From: Patescibacteria group bacterium
GTDB lineage: Bacteria > Patescibacteriota > Minisyncoccia > Phycocordibacterales > WO2-35-19
Direction of reading: 5' to 3'
Assembly (NCBI GenBank): GCA_038065655.1
Contig: JBBTQO010000001.1
Location: 2,517-66,516, forward strand
DNA length: 64,000 nucleotides
The position numbers and the translations under genes were made by a program. How positions within the stretch are numbered: position 1 is the first letter of the stretch; every line of letters starts with the position of its first letter. The notes under the pieces were generated by a model. The model did not search any database and had not been told where the DNA came from. It was given only the letters and a program-made list of their open reading frames with translations. Positions 27,869 through 38,700 of this stretch are shown one piece after another.

Positions 27869-28132
27869 TTATTTCTTTATTTCAAACACCTTGTTTTTAG
27901 AGGAAGTGCCGGAAAGGAGGGTGATATTTGAAGTGGAAATTTTTAAATATTCGGCCAAGAGTTTAATTATGGCTTTGTTGGCCTTGCCAGCGACCGGCGG
28001 TTCTTTAACCCAAACCGTAAACCACTCTTTTTGATCAGAACCATTATTTTCTTTTTCTTGCCATAGTCTTTGTGGTGGTGGAATTACTTTGTTTTCTTTG
28101 GCCTTGACTTTTGCTTTGACAAATATTTTCAT
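27869..28132 (-). CDS. DUF167/YggU (UPF0235) family protein
   Basis: Start chosen at MKIFVKAKV; motif GKANKAIIKLLAEYLKISTSNITLLSGTSSKNKVFEI typical of YggU family. Confidence 0.7.
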   Translation of the reverse strand: MKIFVKAKVKAKENKVIPPPQRLWQEKENNGSDQKEWFTVWVKEPPVAGKANKAIIKLLAEYLKISTSNITLLSGTSSKNKVFEIKK

Positions 28133-28139
28133 ACATATT

Positions 28140-29036
28140 TTATTTTGCTTGCCAGAGAGCGAAAATAGAGAGAGGCAGTAATTTTTCTGAACCCTCTTGC
28201 TTAATGGCGAGCTCACCGGACTCTATTGTGCCCCCTAAACCGTTAGTCATATCAGAAAGTAAATTAGCAACGGATATAGAGGAAAACTCAGTGGAATACA
28301 TATTGAAAATTACAAACAAAGGTTTATCGCTCAAAATTTCTCGGCAAGCAGAAATTAATTCTGGTAGCCCCTCTTCTATTTTCCAAACTTCGCCTTTTGG
28401 TCCTTTACCATAACTTGGCGGGTCCATTATTATGGCGTCATACTTTTTATCTTGCTTCGTTTCTTTTTTTATAAATTTAATTACATCGTCAACAATCCAT
28501 CTAATGGGCGCATTTTCTAATCCTGAAAGTTTTTGATTTTCTCTCGCCCAATTAACACTCTGTTTTGATGCATCTACATGTGTGACTTTTGCTCCCATCT
28601 TCGCACAAACTAAACTCGCAATGCCCGTATAGCCGAACAGATTTAAGACACTTAAACTGTTCGGAATTTTCAATTTAGAATTTTCAATTTTCAATTTTTC
28701 AGAAATCCATCGCCATTGTGAGAACTGCTCTGGGAAAATGCCGATATGTTTTGAAGTATTTTTGTATTTAATTTTGGCTTTTATCCAATCAAAAATTTCT
28801 ATTACCGTTTCTAATGAGTCATTTTTTATTTTTGAACTAGATGCTAGATACTGACTACTAGCTACTGCTTTCTCCCATTCTTCTTTTGAAAGTTCTGGTT
28901 TCCACCAAGCTCTTGGCTCACTTCTCACTATTTTAGTTCCATTGATTTCTTCCAGTTTCTTTTTATTCCCTGAATCCAGCAATTTATAACCGCCCATCTC
29001 TCCCACCCATATTTTTATGGTTTTTTTATTTTCCAT
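28140..29036 (-). CDS. Class I SAM-dependent rRNA methyltransferase (RlmI/RlmK-like), with an in-frame intragenic repeat
   Basis: 298 aa; SAM motifs VLNLFGYTGIASLV, DAIIMDPPSYGKG; an 8-bp hairpin plus aattttc tandem repeat at 28632-28703 encodes EKLKIENSKLKIPNS. Confidence 0.75.
   Translation of the reverse strand: MENKKTIKIWVGEMGGYKLLDSGNKKKLEEINGTKIVRSEPRAWWKPELSKEEWEKAVASSQYLASSSKIKNDSLETVIEIFDWIKAKIKYKNTSKHIGIFPEQFSQWRWISEKLKIENSKLKIPNSLSVLNLFGYTGIASLVCAKMGAKVTHVDASKQSVNWARENQKLSGLENAPIRWIVDDVIKFIKKETKQDKKYDAIIMDPPSYGKGPKGEVWKIEEGLPELISACREILSDKPLFVIFNMYSTEFSSISVANLLSDMTNGLGGTIESGELAIKQEGSEKLLPLSIFALWQAK
28632..28703. repeat. Intragenic structured repeat in the methyltransferase gene: 8-bp hairpin plus ~4 x heptamer (g/c)aatttt
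   Basis: ccgaacag-atttaagacacttaaa-ctgttcgg hairpin, then gaatttt caatttagaatttt caatttt caattttt; same architecture as the lepA element. Confidence 0.5.
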
Positions 29037-29140
29037 ACTTAAAAGATAGCAAAAATTCTCTCACCTGTCTCTAGACATCTTTATTAGACGCTGAGCGTTT
29101 CGTATAGTTTTTTTGAGAAAATGTTGTGTAATTTTAATAA

Positions 29141-30805
29141 TTACAAAAACAAGCGGACGAGGCGAAGATCGTCGTAGGAGTATTTTGGACCCAAGAGTTC
29201 TTTGACTGAGACCAGTTTATATCTTTCGCCTTCACTGACGCCGACTTTGTGAAAAGCGCTCCAAATTTCCTTGAATTTATTTTTAGTAATATCATCTCGC
29301 AAGTTGTAAATATTGTATTCCGGGTTGGCTTCTTTTATTTGTTCTATATGATATAAAATAGTACCAAGTTTCAATCCCCTTTTTTGAGCGATATCTTTTG
29401 TATTTAATCCCTCATCTAGCATTTTTCGAGTTTCGCCCACGGTGTCTAATTTCTTCTCTTTTATTTTTGTGCCTCTTATTTTATCAGCGAACTCACGGTG
29501 CATTTTTGAAAGCTTCTCATCACCCATTGTTCTAATGTGAAAAGAATTGGTCTTGGAAAAATCTCTAAATTTATTATCAAATTCTAATACTTCTTCATTG
29601 ACTCGAAGAGCCATATCGTTGATACCCTTTAGGAAAAGTCCTTCCAGCGAACGGACGCGTGAGAGGGCGACGTAGCCCATACCCTTTTCAAAAGAATTGG
29701 ATAAGTCAACCAAGGCGGTATCAAGAGACATTCCTTGGCTTTTATGGACAGTAATGGCCCATGCTAGCCGCAGGGGGTACTGATTTATCTCGGCTTTGCT
29801 TTTGCCTTCTTCTTCAATACGCCATGTTTCTCTTTCTACATCAATAACATTGCCTGAAAGGGTTTTGACTCTTATTTCTTCAAAGCCGCATTTGATAATA
29901 GTGCCCAAAGTGCCATTAACATAATCGGCCTCAAAATTATTTTTGACAAACATTACTTTGGCTCCCACCTTTAATCGGAGTGTCTCTGGTGCTAAGCAAC
30001 TTTTTTTCAAGGATTCTACTAAATGGCGCTTACCCCTTTCTTGCATTTCATATTCAGAAATTTTGCCTGGGATTTTTATTAACTCTGCTTCATTTTCCGC
30101 GTCAACATCCCTGTTGTGAGAATAAAGTTTAGTTGATTCAAACTCAGCCTTTTTATTAAACCGACTTCTTAAAATATCTACAATTTTATCTGAGACTGAA
30201 TTTTCTCTAATGGCATTTAATATTTTCAAATACTCCATATCACTTTGACGATGCTGTTCGGAAAGATAGCAAACTTTTAAATTAAGGTCCTTCCAAGCTT
30301 TTGAATGATAGGCAAAAAATACCTCTGGCTCTTGAGCCCTTCTAATTGGTGGTAGTTGGAAAAAATCACCACAAAAAACAACTTGTATGCCTCCAAACGG
30401 GTCAGTTGAATTTTTAACTTCTTTTATTATTTTTTCTATCAAATCAAGCCGAAAATGATGGAGCATCGATATTTCGTCGATGATGAGGACGGAGGCGTTT
30501 TTTATTTTACTTCTTATATGCTTTTTTTCGGCGATTTCGGCTATATCGCTTTTACTCAAGCTGTCTTTGATGCCAATTCCGCTCCAAGAGTGGATGGTTA
30601 CGCCACCCATATGAGTGGCTGCAATGCCTGTGGAAGCCGTAATTCCCGCATCAGCACCTAGTTCTTTTAAATACTCTATATATTGCCTTAAAACATAGGT
30701 TTTGCCACTACCGGCGGCGCCAGTCAAAAATACATTTCGGCCGGTTTTTAAAATGTCCAAAGCTTCTTTTTGAGTCATAGCTGGCATTTTAGCAGACTTT
30801 TTCAC
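29141..30805 (-). CDS. PIF1/RecD-like superfamily 1 ATP-dependent DNA helicase with C-terminal HTH
   Basis: 554 aa; Walker A GAAGSGKT, DEISM (Walker B), QG/motif V, C-terminal helix-turn-helix-like region. Confidence 0.7.
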   Translation of the reverse strand: MKKSAKMPAMTQKEALDILKTGRNVFLTGAAGSGKTYVLRQYIEYLKELGADAGITASTGIAATHMGGVTIHSWSGIGIKDSLSKSDIAEIAEKKHIRSKIKNASVLIIDEISMLHHFRLDLIEKIIKEVKNSTDPFGGIQVVFCGDFFQLPPIRRAQEPEVFFAYHSKAWKDLNLKVCYLSEQHRQSDMEYLKILNAIRENSVSDKIVDILRSRFNKKAEFESTKLYSHNRDVDAENEAELIKIPGKISEYEMQERGKRHLVESLKKSCLAPETLRLKVGAKVMFVKNNFEADYVNGTLGTIIKCGFEEIRVKTLSGNVIDVERETWRIEEEGKSKAEINQYPLRLAWAITVHKSQGMSLDTALVDLSNSFEKGMGYVALSRVRSLEGLFLKGINDMALRVNEEVLEFDNKFRDFSKTNSFHIRTMGDEKLSKMHREFADKIRGTKIKEKKLDTVGETRKMLDEGLNTKDIAQKRGLKLGTILYHIEQIKEANPEYNIYNLRDDITKNKFKEIWSAFHKVGVSEGERYKLVSVKELLGPKYSYDDLRLVRLFL

Positions 30806-30846
30806 TTCTCTTTTTAATAGATGGGAGTATGCTGTTGATATTGGTG

Positions 30847-30887
30847 AGTATAAAAATGAGGGCCGTCACGACAAGTCGCGACGGCCC
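30847..30887 (-). terminator. Rho-independent terminator downstream of the 105-aa hypothetical gene
   Basis: GC-rich stem gggccgtc / gacggccc followed on the minus strand by TCATTTTTAT. Confidence 0.55.
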
Positions 30888-30895
30888 TAAAATCA

Positions 30896-31213
30896 TTACG
30901 GAATGAACTGGCATTTCCTTCTTGGGAAAAAGAGATATCTCTCCGAGGGAAATTCTCTCAAAAAATCAGCTGCCCGTTTCTTCCCCGCTTTTTCTAGGGC
31001 TTGGGCGACTGCTTCTTTAAGGACCATGTAATCTTCTGTGGCCAAAGAAGAAACAAAGGCATGAGTGATTGGCGGGTTTTTCCTGAAGTCTTCTGCTGTT
31101 GGCAGTGAGACTTCAATCCCCTTCCAATCGTCTCTCAGTTCGGTGGGAGTTGCGGCTCCCGTTGGCGCTTCAAAAATTTTGATTCTTTCCATCAGCTTTG
31201 TGTTCCTTTCCAA
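30896..31213 (-). CDS. Hypothetical protein
   Basis: 105-aa ORF with its own terminator; no recognisable motif. Confidence 0.35.
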   Translation of the reverse strand: MERNTKLMERIKIFEAPTGAATPTELRDDWKGIEVSLPTAEDFRKNPPITHAFVSSLATEDYMVLKEAVAQALEKAGKKRAADFLREFPSERYLFFPRRKCQFIP

Positions 31214-31255
31214 AAAAATATTAACATTATGATGCTTTTTGTCAAATGTTATTGT

Positions 31256-32815
31256 TTATAAAGGTAATTCGATAGTGAAAGTACTGCCCTTACCTACTCC
31301 GTCAGAGGAAACTTTAATGTCGCCCCCATGAGCTTCGGTCATCTTTTTTGCTATATAAAGTCCTAGGCCCGTGCCAATAACATTAACTTTGTTTGCATCT
31401 TTAGCTCGGGAGAATTTATTAAACAACTTATCTATTTCGCTCGGGTCAATACCAACGCCACTGTCTTTGACTGAAATTTTGACTTTATTTTCATCTTTAT
31501 AAACTGAAACAAATATATTACCTTTTGGTGTGTATTTCATTGCATTGTCTATGATATTGCTCACCACTTGCTTTATCTTACTTCGGTCGGCCTTGATTTT
31601 GATTTCTTCGGTTGGTATATCGGTACCAAAAGAAAGGCCGGTTTTATCTATGTTTGGTTTTATTTCGGTTATCACTTCTTTTACTAATTCATTCACATCA
31701 AAAACACTTTTTTCATAAACCATCCTTCCCTGCTCAATTCTTGAAATATTTAAAAAGTCGCCAACAATATTTATCAAATTTTGGCAGGATTTCATTATGG
31801 TATCTACCGAGTCTTTGGCCTTTTGAGGCAAGATTCCAAAGTCACCATCTAGAAGCATAGAAGAATAACCCTTGATGGCAGTGAGTGGTGCTCTAATCTG
31901 ATGGGTCGCTAACGACAAAAATTCCGATTTCAACTGGTCCAACTCCTTCAACTTCTCATTGGCCTCCCCCAACTCCCCCGCCAACTTTTCTAAGGATCCA
32001 GCATATTTTCTCCAAATATAGATAATAACTATTGTAAGGATTGTAATTATTAATGTTAGGATTACAATAAATATCAAGAATGGTTGCAGCGTCTGTCTTG
32101 TTATTGTAAAAAAATCATCAGCTTTAATATCTGTCGCTAAAATTGCAACCACATTCCCATATCTATCTTTTATCGGAGCATAACCAGTAATGACTGTACC
32201 GTATGCGTCTGTGTATAAATCTTTATTTGTTAGAGGACCATTATAAGCTTCCCAAGCTTCCGGAATGTCAATTGCTTCGGGATAGTCTTGCCCAGGCCAT
32301 TGAAGCTTATCTGGTCCGTCTGGCTCTATTTTACCGTCACGATTTACATCGATATATTTTGATGAGTTATCACTTGTGTTAGCGTATGGATCAACAGAAT
32401 CGGCATCGGCCACAAACTCCATTCTTGTCGGATCATCTTTTTTCTTTCGGAAAATATACATAAAGACAATATCTTTGTTGCTGTACTTAGCTTTATGCAA
32501 CTTACTTGTCACATGTGTCCATTCTGGTTTTTTCCAATCCTCTTCTGTTTGGAGTGCATCAAGATCTTCCGAATCGATGTTGGTTGCTGCTGTAATGGAT
32601 ATTGTTAAAATACGTTCCCTAAGATTTTCTGTTAAAAGAGTAACTGTGCGTTCATAAAGTATTCTGGATGCAAAAATAAAGATGATGATTAAAATAGATA
32701 TGATCACAATACCAGTCCAAATCGGATTTCTTACTTTTTTGGTTATTATGTTAAGCATAATAATTAATATTATACATCTAAAAGTGTATCTACTTCCTTT
32801 TTTTCCACATCCCAC
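31256..32815 (-). CDS. Sensor histidine kinase with periplasmic Cache-like sensor domain (orphan; no response regulator in window)
   Basis: 519 aa; two TM helices flank an extracytoplasmic domain; HisKA H-box SLATHQIRAPLTAIKGY; HATPase N, G1 (DSGVGI), G2 (GTGLGL) boxes. Confidence 0.8.
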   Translation of the reverse strand: MGCGKKGSRYTFRCIILIIMLNIITKKVRNPIWTGIVIISILIIIFIFASRILYERTVTLLTENLRERILTISITAATNIDSEDLDALQTEEDWKKPEWTHVTSKLHKAKYSNKDIVFMYIFRKKKDDPTRMEFVADADSVDPYANTSDNSSKYIDVNRDGKIEPDGPDKLQWPGQDYPEAIDIPEAWEAYNGPLTNKDLYTDAYGTVITGYAPIKDRYGNVVAILATDIKADDFFTITRQTLQPFLIFIVILTLIITILTIVIIYIWRKYAGSLEKLAGELGEANEKLKELDQLKSEFLSLATHQIRAPLTAIKGYSSMLLDGDFGILPQKAKDSVDTIMKSCQNLINIVGDFLNISRIEQGRMVYEKSVFDVNELVKEVITEIKPNIDKTGLSFGTDIPTEEIKIKADRSKIKQVVSNIIDNAMKYTPKGNIFVSVYKDENKVKISVKDSGVGIDPSEIDKLFNKFSRAKDANKVNVIGTGLGLYIAKKMTEAHGGDIKVSSDGVGKGSTFTIELPL

Positions 32816-34632
32816 AGGAATGGCGCAAGCCGAGGACCGAATCTTTTCCCTAATAACAACTGATACACATGTCGGAAAAAGTGGTGTTGGCGTAACATAT
32901 TATGTGTCTTGGTGGCATGTGGTTCTTTTGGTATGGTGTAGAGCAAAGAGCAAAATTTATCTAAAGAAATAGTAGATCTGCGATTAAGCAATATTCTTAG
33001 GGCACTAATTAATTTAATATCATCCGGTTTTAATGCGACGATATGTTCCTTATTCTTTTCTTTCAGAAGCTTATAAGTGTTACATTCTTCAATTTTTATG
33101 TAACGCGGACTGGTTCTTTTGGTTAGTCCCAAATCTAAATACATTGTTCCATTTATCCCGGTGAACAGATTTCGCTCATCAGATTTAAATGGTCTTAACC
33201 TTAATAATTTTTCCACATCTTTTTTTTGTATTTTTGTGAATTGTTGTAATTGCGATTTTTCTGTTTTGATTGATTTTTTCTGAAGGATAGGTTTAGCAAT
33301 CCATTCATATATATCGCGTTGTGGTAATGTTGGCATTGTAATTATCTTCCCATTAATACTAATATTGGAAGCCCCATAACCATATCCTCCGTATGGTTGT
33401 GTTCCTCGTTCTACGCCGGGTGCATGCAAGTGTGTGTTGCGAAGTAAGGAAAATTTATTATGAAGTATTTTCTCCTTATTAGATTGTATCAATCTAATAA
33501 TGTATTTGCTTGTTCCGTATAAAGTGACGTACATTGCATTATGTATATAATGGGGGTCTTCAAAATAATATTTGAGTTCAGGATCGTTTGTGTACTCTTG
33601 AATAAAAATGATCGGAGCGAATATCTCATTGAAATTACCCCCCTTTATTAGTGGTTTGCAGATAATAGTAGGTTCGACGATGGCATCATGCGTACGAATA
33701 ATTCCTGGAGTGAAAGGATCAATCCATCCACCATTTTCAACAAGAAAATTTTGTATCCTAACAAGATCCTTGGGGTCGCTGATTGGACCGATCCGACACG
33801 ACCTATCTTTGTAATGACCAACTCTAACATGATTTATTTTGTCGCGTAGTATTTGTAAAAAATTTTGCAAGACAGCTTTATGGACAAGAATAGCATTTGG
33901 TGCTGCACAATCTTGCCCTTGATTATAGAATTGGAGAGTAATAACTGCTTCAACTGCTTCAGAAATATTGGCATCTTTGCTTACCACTACCGGATTGTGA
34001 CCAGCTCCGTTTGTAATAAATAGGGTGCGTCTATCAAATACTAGACGCAACTGGTCAGAGTGAGCGGGAATGCCTGTAAAAATAACGATGTCAGTGACCG
34101 GTCTATTTTCTTTGGTTTTTGGATTTATACGAAGAGCGGACCTATCTTTTAAAAATTCGATTCTAGTTTTAGGAGAAACAACAATATTTGGAAATGATTT
34201 AGAAATATCTAAAAGAGCGAGGACCCCTGAGAAAAAATAGCGCATACTATTAGGAATACGAAAATGCACCTCGCTTGCCATCAGTGCTGGCACGACGACA
34301 AAACATGCGAAAGCATACAAGGGCTGATTTCTGGGCAGAAATGAAGTAACTGCACCAACGCGTAAACGAAAATATTTCTTATTTTCTTTAAGGTTTCTCA
34401 AAAGATCTAGTGTCCGAGCTACTTCATCTTGAACCACTTCGTAACTTTCGTATTTTAATAAAATGTCGGTTAGATCTTTCAAACGATCTTCAATAATATC
34501 TGCCAAGTTTTTGGCTTGCTGATCAATTTCGGAAAAATTGAGAGTCGTATACGGTATATATTCCGTATCTAAGACTGGGTATTTTACGACAGAGCGTCTA
34601 TTTAGTGGCATTGGTGTCTTATAGGTTCTCAT
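32770..34632 (-). CDS. Aldehyde dehydrogenase superfamily protein (LuxC-like acyl-CoA reductase-like) with ~200-aa C-terminal extension
   Basis: 620 aa; ALDH catalytic-Cys motif FYNQGQDCAAPNAILVHK; N- and C-terminal extensions without recognisable motifs. Confidence 0.5.
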   Translation of the reverse strand: MRTYKTPMPLNRRSVVKYPVLDTEYIPYTTLNFSEIDQQAKNLADIIEDRLKDLTDILLKYESYEVVQDEVARTLDLLRNLKENKKYFRLRVGAVTSFLPRNQPLYAFACFVVVPALMASEVHFRIPNSMRYFFSGVLALLDISKSFPNIVVSPKTRIEFLKDRSALRINPKTKENRPVTDIVIFTGIPAHSDQLRLVFDRRTLFITNGAGHNPVVVSKDANISEAVEAVITLQFYNQGQDCAAPNAILVHKAVLQNFLQILRDKINHVRVGHYKDRSCRIGPISDPKDLVRIQNFLVENGGWIDPFTPGIIRTHDAIVEPTIICKPLIKGGNFNEIFAPIIFIQEYTNDPELKYYFEDPHYIHNAMYVTLYGTSKYIIRLIQSNKEKILHNKFSLLRNTHLHAPGVERGTQPYGGYGYGASNISINGKIITMPTLPQRDIYEWIAKPILQKKSIKTEKSQLQQFTKIQKKDVEKLLRLRPFKSDERNLFTGINGTMYLDLGLTKRTSPRYIKIEECNTYKLLKEKNKEHIVALKPDDIKLISALRILLNRRSTISLDKFCSLLYTIPKEPHATKTHNMLRQHHFFRHVYQLLLGKRFGPRLAPFLWDVEKKEVDTLLDV

Positions 34633-34653
34633 GTCTTATAGATGTACCCAATC

Positions 34654-35010
34654 TTACTTATGAAATTGCATCAGAACAATTCCTAAAAGTGCGAGGGTCA
34701 TCCCAAAATACTGATATAGAGAAACATTACTCCATTCATGAAATAAGAAAAGCCCAACAAGAATAGTACTTATGGTTAGTAATGAATCTACGGTTGCGGA
34801 ACTCACAGCCAAACCTAGTTTTGTCGTTGCCAATCCAAAGGTAATGAAAACAAATGGAGAAATAATAACAACTAACAAAAGCCATATTGTGAGCTTATTT
34901 TCCTTACTGGCCCAAATTGCACTTATGGAATTTGCTGCAAGGGCAATAAGAACAGCACTAATAACATAAAACCAAATTTGAAATTTACCCATTATAATAA
35001 TCTTATACAA
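34654..35010 (-). CDS. Small multidrug resistance (SMR/EmrE-like, DMT superfamily) transporter
   Basis: 118 aa; four TM helices; conserved membrane-embedded Glu in TM1 region (WASKEN..); typical SMR size. Confidence 0.65.
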   Translation of the reverse strand: MYKIIIMGKFQIWFYVISAVLIALAANSISAIWASKENKLTIWLLLVVIISPFVFITFGLATTKLGLAVSSATVDSLLTISTILVGLFLFHEWSNVSLYQYFGMTLALLGIVLMQFHK

Positions 35011-35021
35011 GACATAATATA

Positions 35022-35246
35022 TTATACTACAAATTTAAACTTTTTATTACTCACCTGCTCTAAAATTTCAATGGTGGCTTGGACGGAAGGATTGTCAGAT
35101 TTTTTTAATAAGAGCCTATCTTCAAATCTATCTAATAGTTTGGACAGAAATTCATCACCCCAAGATGGCAAAAAAGCCGAATAAGCCTCTCTTCCGGTTT
35201 GCCTGAAAATAAGTGTCGTTCTAAATTTTTTTAATTCAATTTTCAT
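35022..35246 (-). CDS. Hypothetical small protein
   Basis: 74-aa ORF; no motif. Confidence 0.25.
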   Translation of the reverse strand: MKIELKKFRTTLIFRQTGREAYSAFLPSWGDEFLSKLLDRFEDRLLLKKSDNPSVQATIEILEQVSNKKFKFVV

Positions 35247-35348
35247 ATATTTAATATTCTAACATCAAATAATACAAAACCATAACAGATTTTATCTAAA
35301 TCTATGCAAGTTCTTTGCAAAATCCTAGTAAATCCAAACATTTTTTAA

Positions 35349-35710
35349 TTATACCAAATGTACTGGACCCCTTTCTTTAGACACTAACCTTGTTAACTGA
35401 ATTGTATTCCCTGGCCACCAAAAGTGCAAATTGCTGTGGTGGCATTTTGAGTGCTGAGTGGATGCGTGAATTGTTGTAGCAATAAATCGTTTGATATATT
35501 TCGTATACCAATTCACCAAGTGTTTTGAATCTAGACGGATCACTCATATCAATTTTGAATTTATCATAGATTGTTTTGTAAAGCGTTCATGAATGCTGAT
35601 AACACAAGTTGCACGGAGTGTGTGGTGTAAACCGACACCCCATCGTTTTTAATTCGATTGATAATCTGATCCTTCACATCAGAAGCTATTTTGTGTCTTT
35701 TCATATGTCT
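35349..35710 (-). pseudogene. Internally deleted, frameshifted IS-family transposase remnant (HTH N-terminus plus rve-like C-terminus)
   Basis: Minus frame A: MKRHKIASDVKDQIINRIKNDGVSV (HTH-like transposase N-terminus), then stop. Minus frame B (around 35400-35570): ..DMSDPSRFKTLGELVYEIYQTIYCYNNSRIHSALKMPPQQFALLVAREYN, matching the canonical C-terminus of IS3/IS481-type DDE transposases (..IF.YIE.FYN..R.HS.LGY.SP..F). Confidence 0.65.
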
Positions 35711-35776
35711 TGTATTAATTATTATCTGCTAATTATATACAAGATTGGTGTTCAAATTTTGGGGTCCGGGCCACTT

Positions 35777-38700
35777 TTAAAATTCTTTATAATTTGGGTC
35801 AACGGCAAAGTTGGCAATGACGGTTTTGTTACCAGACATATTGATGGTGCAAGAAATGTTTCTGCCGCATGATGTGCCATCTCCTCCCCAACCGGTAAAT
35901 ATTCTTCCACTCACTATCTGGGCAGTAAGTATAACATCATCACCTTCATCATAAGTCCAACAATTTGGAATATCGGGGATCCCAGTTGGATTACGGCTGA
36001 CTGTTCCCTGTCCTGATTTTACAATACACAGATTATAATCAGATCCTATTGGTGGGGCGACATTTACTGTGACACTGTCGGAAACCGGTCCGGGGTTGCA
36101 GGAGAGAGTATAAGTTTTTGATGCTGTTAAGTTGCCAGTAGATTGAGTGCCGGAAAGACCGGTCCAGCCAGTTGGAGAAACAGAACAAGAAGTAGCGTTA
36201 GTTGATGACCAAGTAATATTTGTAGCTGTATTATACGGAATATTTGTAGAATCAGCGCTTATGTTGGCAGTAGTTGAAACGGGCAGAGGACACTGAGCGC
36301 TGACACCATAAAACATAGCTGGGTTAGATTGGTTGTTGTATTCGGTCGCTATCCATTGTGCGGAGCGGATGCTGTTAGACAACCTAAACTCATCTAGTTT
36401 ACCGTTAAATGCTCTATCATTTAAACTCCTATTTCCGATCGTTAAAGTTGCAGATCCAGTTTGTAAGGTTCCAGATGGAGCGGTAACTTCCGTAACTGAT
36501 TGAGCCACACCATCTAGATAATAAATAGGATCATTTGAAATTGAACTCCCATTATAGGTAATAGCAATGTGATGCCAGGCCCCTGTACTTGGAGTAGGTA
36601 TTCTCCAAGCTGCAGCTCCAGACCAGCCAACCTGAAATTGCAATAAATTTGTTGAGTCAATAAATAACTGGTCTTTTAAGTTGCCATGTTCCCAAAACCT
36701 TCGGGCTGATGCATCAATAGCATTAACAAAAAACCAAGTTTCCCATGTTCTCTGTGCAGTAGCAGTGATAGTAGATGTAATCTTGTGCATATTGGTACTG
36801 CCACCAAAACTGGCTGAGCCGTCTATTTTCCCAGTAGTAGCTGACGCTCCGGAAATCGTCCCATTTTTATTATTGATAGTAGAATCAAGAGCAGATAATG
36901 TTGAGCCATTTGGATAATGATAAACTGCGGCATAATTACTATCCCAAGTCCCGGCAACATTTTGCTGATTTATTGCGCTGGGGTTACCATAATACATATA
37001 TATTTTTGTGTCCGCTGTACTGGAAAGACTTGGTACTTTTACCCAAGCAATGAGTTCGCCTGTCCCAGAAACATATTTTTCTATTTCGTGATCAAGTTTT
37101 GTTCCACTTGAGTTAGTAAATAAAATATCAAAACCATCTGGCCGAGCGTTGGCTTGCAATCCAGCATCAGAAGTTAGAGAAATCATAACAGGAAAGTTTG
37201 ATTGGGTAGCTGGGACTTTTGCGTCATCAATCTGGAAAATCTTACGATAACCCCAAATTCCACCAGTTGAATACCAAGGAGTCGCATCGGTACAAGAAGG
37301 ATTTACAACTCCTCCCCCAGCCGCACTCACAGTCACTGTTGTCCAAGCACTACAGTTATTCCCCTCATTTGATTCGGTGATAGTTCCAACCATTGAAGCA
37401 TTATTATCTGCGCATACTTGTACAGAATATGTTCCCGCCGAGGGGAATGTGTAAGAAGAAGATATGACAGTTCCAGAAGCACCCGCATTAAGAGCGCCTA
37501 GTTGAGTAACTGAAATTGTAGAAACTGTTCCAGTTCCACCTGCACCAGTTGCTACTCGGAAAAAATTGTTGAATGAAGCACCGGTAGCTGCTGTTCCGCT
37601 GTTTGTGATTGTAGATGAAAATGCTTGTGGTGTCCCGGCTGTTGCGGCAGTTGGAGTTATAACGCCTGGGGTTAGGTCTGGGGAGGAAGTATTTACACAA
37701 TCAATCTGACCTCCTATTGGATCACTCCATGAGTAAGGTGATGATGTGAGTTTTGTTTGAACTCCCCAGTAATATGATATACCAGCCGTTGTAAGAAAAT
37801 TTGTTTTTGCTGTCCCAACAAAATTATTATCCCATGCAGTAGATCCAGTAAGAGATGTCCAAGCTGGAAGTTCATACAACCTCGTATAAAAAGTACCCCA
37901 ACTGCTTATACCACCAACGCTTTGAGTTGGGGCTATCCATGAAAATGAACCGAGGTTGCCCGGACTTGGACAGGAACCTGAGCCATTGGTGGGTGGAGGT
38001 GGAATATTTATGATGACAGAATTAGATGCCGTATCTCCACTTGAACTCGTACAAGATAATGTATAAACCAGACTTGTGGTATTTAGAGGATAAGTATACG
38101 TATCTACAGTACCTCCAGATACACTTACTGGTGAACCATTCAATGTACAAGAAGATGCATTACCCACAGCACCCCATGTTATTTTATATGGAGCTTGACC
38201 ATAAGCCCAAAGTGGCCCATCACCAGTTTGGCTACCAAAAATAACCGATCTTCCGCCATCATTCCAAATAGTTGCCTTTACATCTACTCCGGTGGGAGGA
38301 GAGGGTGGTTCACAATTGTAAGTATCAGTATAAGAACCACCAGGTTTATAATACTCGCAATACACACCAGTTGGTTCTTGGAAAAGACATCCAGGTTGAG
38401 TACCTACAAATTCTGGAGCACAAGAAGAAGGAGATACAGTTCTTTTTGACCCAGTAATTTTCGTCTCAGAGCAAGAGTATGTCCTCTGGCACCACCCTCC
38501 ACCAATAGGTTTATCTTCTACTAAAGTTATTACACCCCCATTTGCGGTGGATTTACAACCCATAAGTTCTGGAAGACAATATGTTCCGCCACCAGTATCA
38601 GTAGTGCCTGCGGCACAATAATCCAGCGATGTATTATAGGTAGTCCCAACATTATGCTTAAAAGGATAATTTGTGCATATTACACCAATTGGTGGATATG

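Noticed and set aside
35609-35872. 87-aa plus-strand ORF
   Set aside because: Lies antisense to the transposase remnant and overlaps the 3' end of the giant surface-protein gene; the coding signal there belongs to the minus-strand IS fragments.
36681-37111. Plus-strand ORFs antisense to the 1064-aa surface-protein gene (also 947-1186, 1306-1674, 3637-4056, 47257-47541, 48372-48852 etc. antisense to large genes)
   Set aside because: Nested antisense ORFs within well-supported long genes, without motifs; treated as frame artefacts.
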